This document shows, in pieces, positions 36,745 to 46,251 of a DNA stretch of 64,000 nt (position 1 is the stretch's first letter; each line of letters starts with the position of its first letter). The notes under the pieces were generated by a model, which made no database searches, was not told where the DNA came from, and was given only the letters and a program-made list of their open reading frames with translations. Both the position numbers and the translations under genes were made by a program. Origin of the DNA: Octopus vulgaris (lineage: Eukaryota); assembly GCA_951406725.2 (NCBI GenBank), contig OX597818.1, positions 15,252,001-15,316,000 of the forward strand. Direction: 5' to 3'.

Positions 36745-39651
36745 TCACTCGCTCCCGCACCTGAAACTGGTTTCGTAGTCAGCCAACCAGGGAGGAGGGT
36801 GCCGCTCCCTCTGTGGTCGCAGTGCGACCCTAGGACTTGTTTCTGGCGTGTTGCTGCCGACCTCGTCATCCTGTCTGTTGTTATCGTCTTGCCCACTGTT
36901 GCTCGTCCCATCCTCCGGGGCATGGACAATCCTCCGTATGTCCAAAACGTGGCGTGGCATGCCATCTACCGAGATGTTGTTCTTTGAATTTACGGAGGTT
37001 ATTGTCCCCTTTCCCCATTGCGATGTACACCGTGCGTTCGGGGGTTTCACCCAGACTTCCTCCCCGACCTGCACGAAGGCGTGCTCTTCCTCTGCCCCGG
37101 GTCGCATTGATGCAGTACACGGATGCCTCCACTCGTACCTGAATATTGCCCTGTGTGGCACCGACTCCTCGGCCTGTCCTGATCTGGGCGACATGTTGTA
37201 CCAAAACACGGCCTCGACTGGTGAAATGTGACCCCTCTCAGCCATGGCCTTGATGGTACGATGATGCCTTTCCACCACCCCGTTTCCACTTGGCCGGTAT
37301 GCCGCCCTGAAGAAGCGGTTGACCTTCCACTCATCAAGCATTTCTCTCAGCGCCTCCGAGCGAAATGCAGTGCCGTTGTCCAGAAGCAGTTCATCCACGG
37401 GGCCTCGTTCCAGGAATATCTCGTTCAGCACTTTCGCAATTTCTTCTGCGGTTCCTGACCTCATCTCCCTCCATATGGCGAACCGCCCCGGTCCGCAGTC
37501 AACCATTGAGAGGTATGTCCCCTGCCGGTAGTGTGTTATGTCCACCGCCAGTCGTCTCCAGTCCTGGTCCACTGGAATACTTCCCGCTTCATGCACGACC
37601 GGAGCAGGGTCGATGGACTGGCACCTGTCGCAACTGCTAACCACTCTCCGCACGCTCTGTCTTGTTACGTCGGAGTCGACTTTTCTGGCCAGGAACAACG
37701 TCCTGTCCACACCCATGTGATGCATGGTGTGCAGTCTCCGCAACTCCGAGTCGCTCAGATGGCATACTGCAGCTACATCCTGCTTCGCGTCCTCTGGCAC
37801 TTGCAACCAGGCTCGCTTAACCCTGGTCAGGACGTCTGCCCTGTTCTTCTCGGAAGGCACAAAGATCACGCTCAGCTTCAGATTGAACTCAGTGGTCAGT
37901 TCACGCAGTATCCCCAATCGACGCTTTACCAGCATCTCTGCAGCCCCTTTGGTCCGCACCCTCCGCTCATCGGTGATGACTGCCGTCGCCCAACCAAGCA
38001 CAGTGGCTGAATCAGTCCTGACTTCTATGGTGTGCAACCCCCACTTCAAGGCTAGGTTCACCCCCTTCAGCACGGCTTCCAACTCCGCCACGTTGATGTG
38101 ACTGCAGTCATCCATCTTCCTGAGCCAGGCTGCATCTTCCACCGTGACACCTCCCACTTCCAAGACAATCCCTATTGCGATGCTACTGGCGTCACACCAT
38201 ACGATCCCGCTCTTTGATTTGGGAACGTACCAGCTGCCCCTCACCGGGTCCTCTGCTCTTACTCTGACCAGGACTTCCTGCATCATGTCGATCGTCCTCT
38301 CCCCCACTTTGTCATTCCACTTCACTCCTTCGGCTCGTCTCTTGATGAAGCTGCATGCTGTCCGGAGCCAGCCTGCAATCGGGTAGTGTCCCACCAGCTT
38401 CCCACACACAGAGAACAGCTCCCGTCTACTCATGCTGGCGCCCAGTTCAGGGATCTCATTCCCTCGCCGGAACACCAGGGCGCCGGCTTTGTCTCTCCAT
38501 AGCTTGAGGCCCAGTGCAGCACCTCCCTCCATAGCCTCTGGCGGCTTGGCGATCAGTCCAAAACTCTTCAGGTGGCCTATGACCTCCGTTGCTGGTATCA
38601 CGGTTTCATCCACCAGAATGTCGTCGATGTATGAATTGGTGGCCCTTTTTACTCTGTCCACCTTCCCCAGGACGGTCTTGAGAATTGTTGCCATAATCTT
38701 CGGAGCTGAATTCAGCCCGAATCCCAACCTGGTCAGACAGTACGTCCGGCCCCTATACCTGACGAGCTGGTACCTCCATAGTTTCTCAGCCACATGAACC
38801 TGAAGGTATGCCGACTTCAAATCGACAATCGTGGAGGCCCCCGCCGTCTGCCTCCACTCTCGCAAGGTGTCTCCGCAGACATCCGTGGCCTCGCCGCCTG
38901 TATGACACGACACGTGGTCATTCAGCTCTCGGAAGTCGAGCACTGGCCTGACCTTACGCTTTGTGGGCTGTATCACCGCCATCAGTGGCAGGACTCCGCT
39001 CTCTTCTTTTTCCCAGGGGATCAGTATGCCCTCCTTAATCCACCGCTCCACCTCCCCCTCGAACTCACTTCTGGCATCTCCTTTTAGAGTATGCTGATAG
39101 CAGCCCACTTTGTTCTTTAACATCGGGGGCTCTCCCTTCCAGTGCCACTCCACTGTCCACCTCTCGCCATCAAAGACAGCCCGAAAATCCTGGTCTTCAA
39201 TGGTGTGCGCCGCATCCATTTCCTCACGGTCGTCGTCGGTGCGTGGTGTCGCCCTACACGGCTTCCCTGCTAGCCCAAACGTTACGCCAGCCTCGTTGAC
39301 GGTAACACCTCCCAGACGGGTGATCGCATCCATCCCCATCACCACGTCGATCTCGTCCACCAAGTGACCGACCACAATCGCTCGCAACGTCAGCTGCAGT
39401 CCCTGCACCACGATCTGCGCATCCGTAACCCCTTCGCAGTGCACTTCTCTTCCGTCGACTGCCCTGACACTGCTTCCTCCACTCCACGTCTCTGCCACTT
39501 CTGTGGTCATCAGGGTCGTCGTACAGCCCGTGTCCACCAGGGCTCGCGACATCTTCCCCTTCACCAGAATGTCGACCACAGGTAACGATGAGAAACGCGC
39601 CGCTACTAATCCAAAGGGACAACTACCGGCGCAGTAGTCTCCCGCGGTCCG
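36745..39651 (-). CDS. pol: Pol (aspartic protease, RT, RNase H, integrase), entered by -1 frameshift
   Basis: LVDTGC; RPVLDFRELN, DLKSAYLQ, LGFGLNSAP, YIDD; CDASS, INVAELEAV, RTDS, NRADVL; HTMHH...CDRC, VDITH, LDNG, VERHH; no stops. Confidence 0.95.
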   Translation of the reverse strand, partial: RTAGDYCAGSCPFGLVAARFSSLPVVDILVKGKMSRALVDTGCTTTLMTTEVAETWSGGSSVRAVDGREVHCEGVTDAQIVVQGLQLTLRAIVVGHLVDEIDVVMGMDAITRLGGVTVNEAGVTFGLAGKPCRATPRTDDDREEMDAAHTIEDQDFRAVFDGERWTVEWHWKGEPPMLKNKVGCYQHTLKGDARSEFEGEVERWIKEGILIPWEKEESGVLPLMAVIQPTKRKVRPVLDFRELNDHVSCHTGGEATDVCGDTLREWRQTAGASTIVDLKSAYLQVHVAEKLWRYQLVRYRGRTYCLTRLGFGLNSAPKIMATILKTVLGKVDRVKRATNSYIDDILVDETVIPATEVIGHLKSFGLIAKPPEAMEGGAALGLKLWRDKAGALVFRRGNEIPELGASMSRRELFSVCGKLVGHYPIAGWLRTACSFIKRRAEGVKWNDKVGERTIDMMQEVLVRVRAEDPVRGSWYVPKSKSGIVWCDASSIAIGIVLEVGGVTVEDAAWLRKMDDCSHINVAELEAVLKGVNLALKWGLHTIEVRTDSATVLGWATAVITDERRVRTKGAAEMLVKRRLGILRELTTEFNLKLSVIFVPSEKNRADVLTRVKRAWLQVPEDAKQDVAAVCHLSDSELRRLHTMHHMGVDRTLFLARKVDSDVTRQSVRRVVSSCDRCQSIDPAPVVHEAGSIPVDQDWRRLAVDITHYRQGTYLSMVDCGPGRFAIWREMRSGTAEEIAKVLNEIFLERGPVDELLLDNGTAFRSEALREMLDEWKVNRFFRAAYRPSGNGVVERHHRTIKAMAERGHISPVEAVFWYNMSPRSGQAEESVPHRAIFRYEWRHPCTASMRPGAEEEHAFVQVGEEVWVKPPNARCTSQWGKGTITSVNSKNNISVDGMPRHVLDIRRIVHAPEDGTSNSGQDDNNRQDDEVGSNTPETSPRVALRPQRERHPPPWLADYETSFRCGSE

Positions 39652-39657
39652 TTTCCC
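39596..39657 (-). other. -1 ribosomal frameshift signal (G_GGA_AAC plus H-type pseudoknot)
   Basis: Heptamer is in gag frame at 39657-39651; 7-nt spacer; stem 1 GGGAGACTAC/GTAGTTGTCCC; stem 2 GCGCCG/CGGCGC; pol is in the -1 frame. Confidence 0.85.
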
Positions 39658-40361
39658 CGCAGACACTCGCTGGCCACATGCCCCGGCTCTCGGCACCGGT
39701 AGCAAATCACCTCCGGCTTGGGCGACGCGCAGTCACGGACCATGTGTGGGCCCTGGCACCGGAAACACTGTCCCTTAAACGACCGCACGCGTTCTTTCCC
39801 CAGCCCCTCTCCGTTGCTCCTAGCTGGGCCACTTTTCGACGTTGCAGTCGCTGCTACCGACGTCGACCTGCTGCACGACACCAGTACACGTGCCCGCGAT
39901 ATAATCTCGCCCATCGGCATCGAACGCACGTTCGGGAGCTTCTGTAGCTCGACCGACATGATGTCGGGAAAGCCGGTCACGAACGCTAACCTGACCGTGC
40001 GTTCTAGCGACTCTCCCTCATATCCCGCAAGTTTTGCCAACCTTCTAAGCTCGCCGGCGAACACGTCCACCTGCTGTCCTGTCCACCTCATCCTACCCAG
40101 TCGAGTGTACGCTTCAAACATTCCTTCCGCGAAGGCCTCCATAAGTCGGATCTCCACCTTGTCCGCGCTGCGTTGGTCCGCTTCCTCCATCTCCAGATAT
40201 AACGCCAACGCCGGGCCATCCAAATACAACGGCATAAAACTAGCCAGGTCAGCTATGCCGTGTAGCTTCGCCACCAACTTCACCCTCCTCAACCAAGCGA
40301 CCACGTCGGTGTCGCCGCAAAACGGTGTTATAGGGTCGCGTGAAATCATAGCAGTCTGCAT
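39606..40361 (-). CDS. gag: Gag, 251 aa, two C-terminal CCHC-type zinc knuckles
   Basis: ATG 54 nt after the 5' LTR; CFRCQGPHMVRDC and CYRCREPGHVASEC. Confidence 0.92.
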   Translation of the reverse strand: MQTAMISRDPITPFCGDTDVVAWLRRVKLVAKLHGIADLASFMPLYLDGPALALYLEMEEADQRSADKVEIRLMEAFAEGMFEAYTRLGRMRWTGQQVDVFAGELRRLAKLAGYEGESLERTVRLAFVTGFPDIMSVELQKLPNVRSMPMGEIISRARVLVSCSRSTSVAATATSKSGPARSNGEGLGKERVRSFKGQCFRCQGPHMVRDCASPKPEVICYRCREPGHVASECLRGNGPRETTAPVVVPLD

Positions 40362-40402
40362 AATTTTTATTTTTTATTTTCACGAAACCGAGTGATTATT
40401 TT

Positions 40403-40414
40403 GCCGAAATAGCT
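40403..40414 (-). promoter_or_regulatory. Non-canonical primer-binding site complementary to nt 1-12 of tRNA-Phe(GAA)
   Basis: + strand GCCGAAATAGCT equals the conserved 5' end of metazoan tRNA-Phe (GCCGAAATAGCTCAG...); directly abuts the 5' LTR. Confidence 0.85.
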
Positions 40415-40691
40415 TGTGATAGATGTGGTGAAAAGGAGCGTAACAGAACAAGGAAAAGAACTAGAAGTGTAATTTGGTCTTACCTGTAGAGATGAAGCCG
40501 GATTCGCCTTGAGCCAACTTGCTAGCGTCTTGTCGTCTTGGCGTCGTTCTCGTGTCTGACTGTCCTCGTCGATGCCGCACGTGCGTTCTGTCGCTGACTT
40601 CCGCTTCCGCCGGCGCATGCGCCCTGCGAGACCTGCAAGACCCACTTCCGCTCCCTCCCTCTCTGTCACACTCCCTCATCACCACACCACA
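40415..40691 (-). repeat. 5' LTR
   Basis: Element sense TGTGGTG...TATCACA; upstream of PBS and gag. Confidence 0.95.
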
Positions 40692-41694
40692 CACACTAAA
40701 ACCATTAGATTCACTTCAGCATTTAAATTTAATTTGCTTAAATATTTTCATTGTTTTGAGACTGTGACCTGATCCCTGACAAAATTCCATGCTGCATCAG
40801 AATTTTGTCAGAGATAGGTCGTGGTCTCAAAGCAGTAAACAAATAAGAAACTGAAGGAAACCCACTGTATAAGTGTGTGTGTGTGTGTGTATGCGCACAT
40901 GTGCACATGTGTAATGATGACTGTTCATTTAGAAAATATATGCAAAACTTATATTAGTAGTATGGGTATGTTTATATTGGTATATATATTCATTCTGCCT
41001 TGCTCTTTAGTCCGCTCTACTGAGAACCAATGGCATTTGGAATTTAACCCTGCAACAGACTAGCATACAGTTAAGAGAGAAGTTTTTACAGTCAGCTGCT
41101 TAAACTCAATAAAATCTGGATAAGCTTTGACCAAATGAGCCTGTAGGCTCAAGAAAGACTCTTAACCTCTTGACCCCTAAGTACATTGCTTAAACTCCTA
41201 CAGGTACTTTTTTTCCTCTGCTCAGAAACAGACTATGTACAAATTCGTTCTTTGCAACTCCTGAAGCTATTTTCTGACAGGTGGGGTGGCGAGTCAGGAA
41301 ATTTTCATACAGCTGGAGGCACCAATCAAAGCGAGGGACCCGAAATGATAAGGTTGAGAAACGCTGTTATAGATTATGTCTAGCCGAAAACAATCACAGC
41401 CACATCATCCAAACAGACCAGGTGAAACCAGGCTTAGTTGCTAGTTATATATCAACTGAACAAATGGCTCATGTGATATTCTTAAATCTGATTCTGAAAT
41501 TATATATTTATTTGTCAAAAAACCCTTAAATGGATGATCATGAGCCAAATATTCTAAGCACTAAGCCACAAGCCTTCACATGACTTATTGCAGTGGTGGT
41601 GAAAGTGATAATGGTTATAATGATAATAATGATAATGATAAAAAGGCATAGATTTAAAATGGAATTAGGTACATCTGGGATAACAAATAATTAA

Positions 41695-41913
41695 ACTTTT
41701 CATTACCATATTTATTTTGAGATGCTCTGTGTTTCTTTCAATTAATTTTAAGTATAACAAAGAATTTAGTAAAACAACTTAGTTATCATTAAGCCAGCGT
41801 GATGAACATAAATTGTGACTAAGATTTCGTAGAAGATTTTTATTCAGCACTTATGAAAAGACATTTGTTCTACAGAGCCAGAGGCAGTTTCAGCTGGGTT
41901 GGTATCAAAAGGG
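41695..41913. mobile_element. piggyBac-like MITE with TTAA TSD; second copy 45476-45684
   Basis: TTAA-(a/c)c(c/t)ttt...aaa(g)gg-TTAA; the two copies share internal sequence. Confidence 0.75.
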
Positions 41914-42204
41914 TTAAAGAAGCATTGAATTTCAGCAATGAGTAGTAAATCAGTAATCCCAGTAGACACTTTTGTGCAATGTGGTAATGAATATTGAAAT
42001 TAGTTGCAATGAAACAAAATTTGAAAAGTATTTGTTCTCAGGTGCTGGCATGGTTGTGTAGTAAGAAGCTTGCTTCCAAAAGACAGCATTCCAGACTCAG
42101 TCCCATTGTGTGGCACCTTGTGCATGTCTCCTACTATAGCCTCGTGCTGACCAAAGTTTTGTGAGTGAAAGAAGCCCACTGTATATCGCACCGAAATATA
42201 TATA

Positions 42205-42415
42205 TATGTGACCCCGTGTGTACCAATGGCGATTTTTCCCTCTGTCTTCCCTTCTTTGGATCTTTCCTTTTCCTATGTTTCTGACGAAGAGCTCTGCTCG
42301 AAATGTTAAACCCTCCTTCATTCCTTCTTTCCTGAGCGTCCAATAATACTATACTTGTTCCACGTCCTCACGTTGTTGTGTTTTCTCTTTGTGTTTTCAT
42401 GTTTGGATTAACTAC
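42205..42415 (+). mobile_element. Short PLE pseudo-LTR-like element with hammerhead motif at 42277-42311 (copy on minus strand ~32922-33125)
   Basis: GTTT-CTGACGA-A-GAGC-tct-GCTC-GAAA-TGTT-AAAC; (TA)n flanks. Confidence 0.6.
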
Positions 42416-42433
42416 ATATATGTGTGTGTGTGA

Positions 42434-42466
<33 letters not shown>

Positions 42467-42917
42467 GTTGTGTTTGTGTGTGTGTTTGTATGTGCGTGTC
42501 TTTTATATGTTTGTCCTCCATCACTGTTTGACAACCGGTGTTTGTGTGTTTACATCTCTGTAACTTAGCAGTTTGGCAAAAGAACCAAACTTAAGAAATG
42601 AATAAGTACTGAGGGTGATTTATTTGACTAAAAATTCTTCAAGGCAGTGCCCCAGCATGGCTGCACTCATATGACTGAAACTAGTGAAAGAAGAAAAAGA
42701 TAGGAGTTTGGCATCAATGGCAAAAGCATTAAAAATCCTAGGCTAAAAACAACATTTGAGTTGAAGTGTAGGCAAAGACATGATTATATGTAAGAAAAAA
42801 TACTTGAGGATATTTCTTCCAGCTCTTTATATTCAGATTTCAAATCTCACCAGTCAAGCTGAACTTCTGTGACTGCAGTCAATGGAAATTTCTAATACCT
42901 TGTTAGATTTCTTCCCT

Positions 42918-42957
<40 letters not shown>

Positions 42958-43235
42958 TCTCTCTCTCTCTTTCTCTTCCCTCTCTCTTCCTCCCCCCTCT
43001 CTCCCTCTCTCTCCTAGGTATATATTTTTTAAAATTTGTCTCTACCAACTTTCACAACACAAGGAGAAAATTTACTTCAAAAACTATTTGGTTTCTTGGT
43101 TCTATGATATTCTGATAATGGTGTCAATGGTGGTGGTGGTGGTGGTGGTAATGGTGGTTATGATGATGATGGGGAGGAAGAAGGAAAAGGTGGTGATGGG
43201 ATGATGATGATGCTGGTCATGATGATGAGGAGGCA

Positions 43236-43266
<31 letters not shown>

Positions 43267-44084
43267 CAACAATCTTTGGGTGCCTTTGAATTTTCAAAAG
43301 ATTTGTTTTCACTTACAATATGAAAGTTGAGAGAACCTGCTAATAATCTTGCTTGTTTATGCCATAAAGAAAATATATGTCAACATGTCAAAGTGACAAA
43401 ATCTGAAATTGTTGAATGTTGAACATAGAAATACTTGCAAGTTGCCGAGGCCATCACATGTATGGTCATATATGCGTTGCTGTATGTTGCATGTTTTGTC
43501 AAACAGCTACAGCAGAATAATAATTAATGATTTCGATTATGTCTGTCAAGGTTAGAACATTAAAAAATGGTTGTTAAAATTGTATGTTGAATCCATTTCA
43601 TATGGTAAATAATCCATTTATTAAACATTCTCTAATCCATCAATTATGGTAAATAATGCAATGTCTGAAAGCTGTGTTTAACAGTGGAGACAAACTGTTG
43701 CATGTGGTTTATCATTTCTAGATGTTAACATAATTTTATTGTATTCCAAGAGAAAGGAGGATATATAGGAGACTGCTTTTCTTTTTATTGATCAGTTTTT
43801 GTCACTGTTTTAATACATTTAAGTTTCTACGGATGAATTATGTGGTTGTTGTTTTAGTAGTCTCAAACAGCTCTGATCAAGCTGACCTATCATCAAAGGC
43901 ATTCCAGCCATGGCCATCCTGTCTTTTTAAAGTAGTTTGAATTAAATAAGATAATATGTGTGGTTCACTTTTATAAAATCACAGTATAAAATATAAGGGA
44001 AATTTGATTGCTATTTCTTGCAAGTTGTTGGTCCTCATAGATGTTTGTCTTGTTGTTAGTTTATATTATATCATGATTCTGCAT

Positions 44085-44203
44085 GCTTATGGCCAAATCA
44101 TGTTAAATGCACTGGTTCTTGACTAATCACCAAAGTTAAGCAATGTCGAGCCTAGTTAGTACCTAGATGGGTGACTGCTTGGGAAAATTGGGGGCTGTAA
44201 GCA
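44085..44203 (+). pseudogene. Full-length 5S rRNA pseudogene
   Basis: GCTTATGGCC...AGTTAAGCAA (box A)...GTTAGTACCTAGATGGGTGAC (box C)...GCTGTAAGC; 119 nt, collinear with animal 5S; most CpGs mutated. Confidence 0.9.
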
Positions 44204-44953
44204 TCTCGCATTTTAAGGTGGTGAGCTGGCAGAATTGTTAGCACACCAGGCAAAATGCCTAGTGGTATTTTGTTCATCTTTACATTCTGAGTTCAATTGC
44301 CACTGGATCACCTTCATTTTTCATCCTTTCAGGGACAGTAAATAAGTACCAGCTGAACTCGGGAGCTGATGTAATCAACTTAGCTCTTCCTCTTAAATTG
44401 CTGGCCTTGAGCCAAAATTTAAAACCAATATTATGATTCAGTACAACTGGTTAGAACAGGAGACAAATATATTACTGCTGTTGTTGTCGTTGCTGTTGTC
44501 TTTATGTACATCATTTTACATTTTGAGTTCAGTCTTGTCAAAGCTGACTTTGCCTTTCATCTTTCCAAAATCGATAAAATATGTACCATTGAAATACTGA
44601 GGTATGTGTGTAGTGAGGTTTTGATATAATATATTGACCTTTCCAAAACTGCTAGCATTATGCTTCTATTACAAATTATTGAGTGTGGTGGGTTGGTAGA
44701 ATTGTCTAAGTTTTGAAAACAAAACCTTTTTGGTACTGTAGATTCCAATCTTGTCAAGGTCAACTTCTTTCATTCTTACTTGGTCAATAAAATGAAGTAG
44801 CGATTCATATAATTAATTATCAATATTGGTTTTTTTCCCCTCCTGCCAAATTTTTGGGCTTTTGTTTATGTTAGAAATAGGTATTTTGGGGACAGTGGAT
44901 GAGTGGAATCATTAAATGTTGGAAAAAATGCTTTGAGATGCTTGTTCTGACTA

Positions 44954-46251
44954 TAAGGTGCATTCCAGAAGTTTAAGACATTTTAGGAGAGGTAGTTATA
45001 CCTGTCCTGAATTATTGTAATTTTAATATATATCATTATACATCAAATATGTTGACCTGCCAACTTTGCTACCTCAGATTGAAGGAAATGGCTGTAACAG
45101 CTCTTTGAACACATTCTTATTTCTTTATTGCCCACAAGGAGCTAAACATAGAGAGGACAGACAAGGGGATTAAGTCGATTACATCAACCCCAGTGCGTAA
45201 CTGGTACTTAATTTATCAACCCCGAAAGGATGAAATATGGCTACATTTCTGCCAGCTCGCCACCTTCATGTGTTCTTTGAACACATTCTACTAAACACTA
45301 CTTGTCACAGCTGACTAGTTTATAGAATGTAGTCTGGATGTGAAAATAATTTGGAAGCTCAATGGGCAACAAAATTTTGTGTTAAACTAGGCAAAAAACT
45401 ACAGAAATTAATGAAATGCTCCATACAGCTTATGGATTTCTTTTTCTTTTCTTTTGGCTGGCACAAGAGGTTTAACCCTTTCATTACTGTATTTATTTTG
45501 AGATGCTCTGTGTTTCTTTCAATTACTTCAGATATAACAAAGAATTTAGTAAAATAACTTAGCTAGAGTTAGGAACATAAATTGTGACTAAGGTTTGGTG
45601 GAAGATTTTTATTCAAAACTTATAACAACAAGACATTTGTACTCAGAGCCAGAGCCGGTTTCAGCCAGGATGGTAACGAAAAGGTTAAGGACAGTAGAAA
45701 GGAGGTGAGAACCGATGAGAAGTGTGGAAGGGAGTGTAACATCAAAACATCAGAGCTATTTGATAAAATTTGCAATTTTATGGATGAAGATCGTCACATG
45801 TCTATAAAGACAATAAGCTTACAACTTAGAGTTGGTGTGGTAACTGTGCACAGAATTATTCATGAAGATCTGAACATGTCCAAAGTTTGTTCCCAGAGTG
45901 CTCAATGACAGGTATCCTGGTAACCAACTACTTGACAGAGATGGGCATCAAAGCTGTACCTTACTCTCCCTACAGTCCAGATTTTGCTCCTTGTGACTTG
46001 ACTTTTGGTTGTTTTCCAATGTGAAGGAGAACTGCAGGAGCAGTCATTTAGAAGATGAGGGAGGCTGTGGCAAGGGTCCTAGATGCCTTAGCTTTGGAGG
46101 ACTTTTATGGGGCCTTCACAAAGAGACTGGAGCACGCCAAGTGCATGACAGTCAGAGAAGCTTACTTTGAAGGAGATTACAGTTTTGTACTCCTTTGAAA
46201 TTAATAAATGTCTCTCCTGAAAAATTCTGAAAACTTCTGAAATACACCTTG
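44954..46251 (+). mobile_element. Decayed mariner with nested SINE fragment and piggyBac-like MITE
   Basis: TIRs (T/C)AAGGTG(C/T)ATT(C/T)CAGAAGTTT, TA flanks; IKFCVKLGK-like start, WHKRF|KDSRKEV, VHRIIHEDLNMSKV, PYSPDFAPCD. Confidence 0.85.

Larger units (their letters stand above)
36435..40691 (-). mobile_element. Intact compact LTR retrotransposon, 4257 bp, PR-RT-RH-IN order, divergent RT (Troyka-like)
   Basis: LTRs 36435-36709 (275 bp) and 40415-40691 (277 bp), TG...CA, differing only at one short patch; 5-bp TSD CACAC (36430-34, 40692-96); open gag and pol. Confidence 0.97.

Noticed and set aside
37047-40395. Many + strand ORFs antisense to gag/pol (and 5724-6491)
   Set aside because: Shadow ORFs of GC-rich coding sequence with no motifs; no env-like third ORF seen
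40403-40691. Tf1-type self-priming as the explanation of the odd PBS
   Set aside because: No complement of AGCTATTTCGG found in the LTR by eye, whereas the tRNA-Phe 5' match is exact
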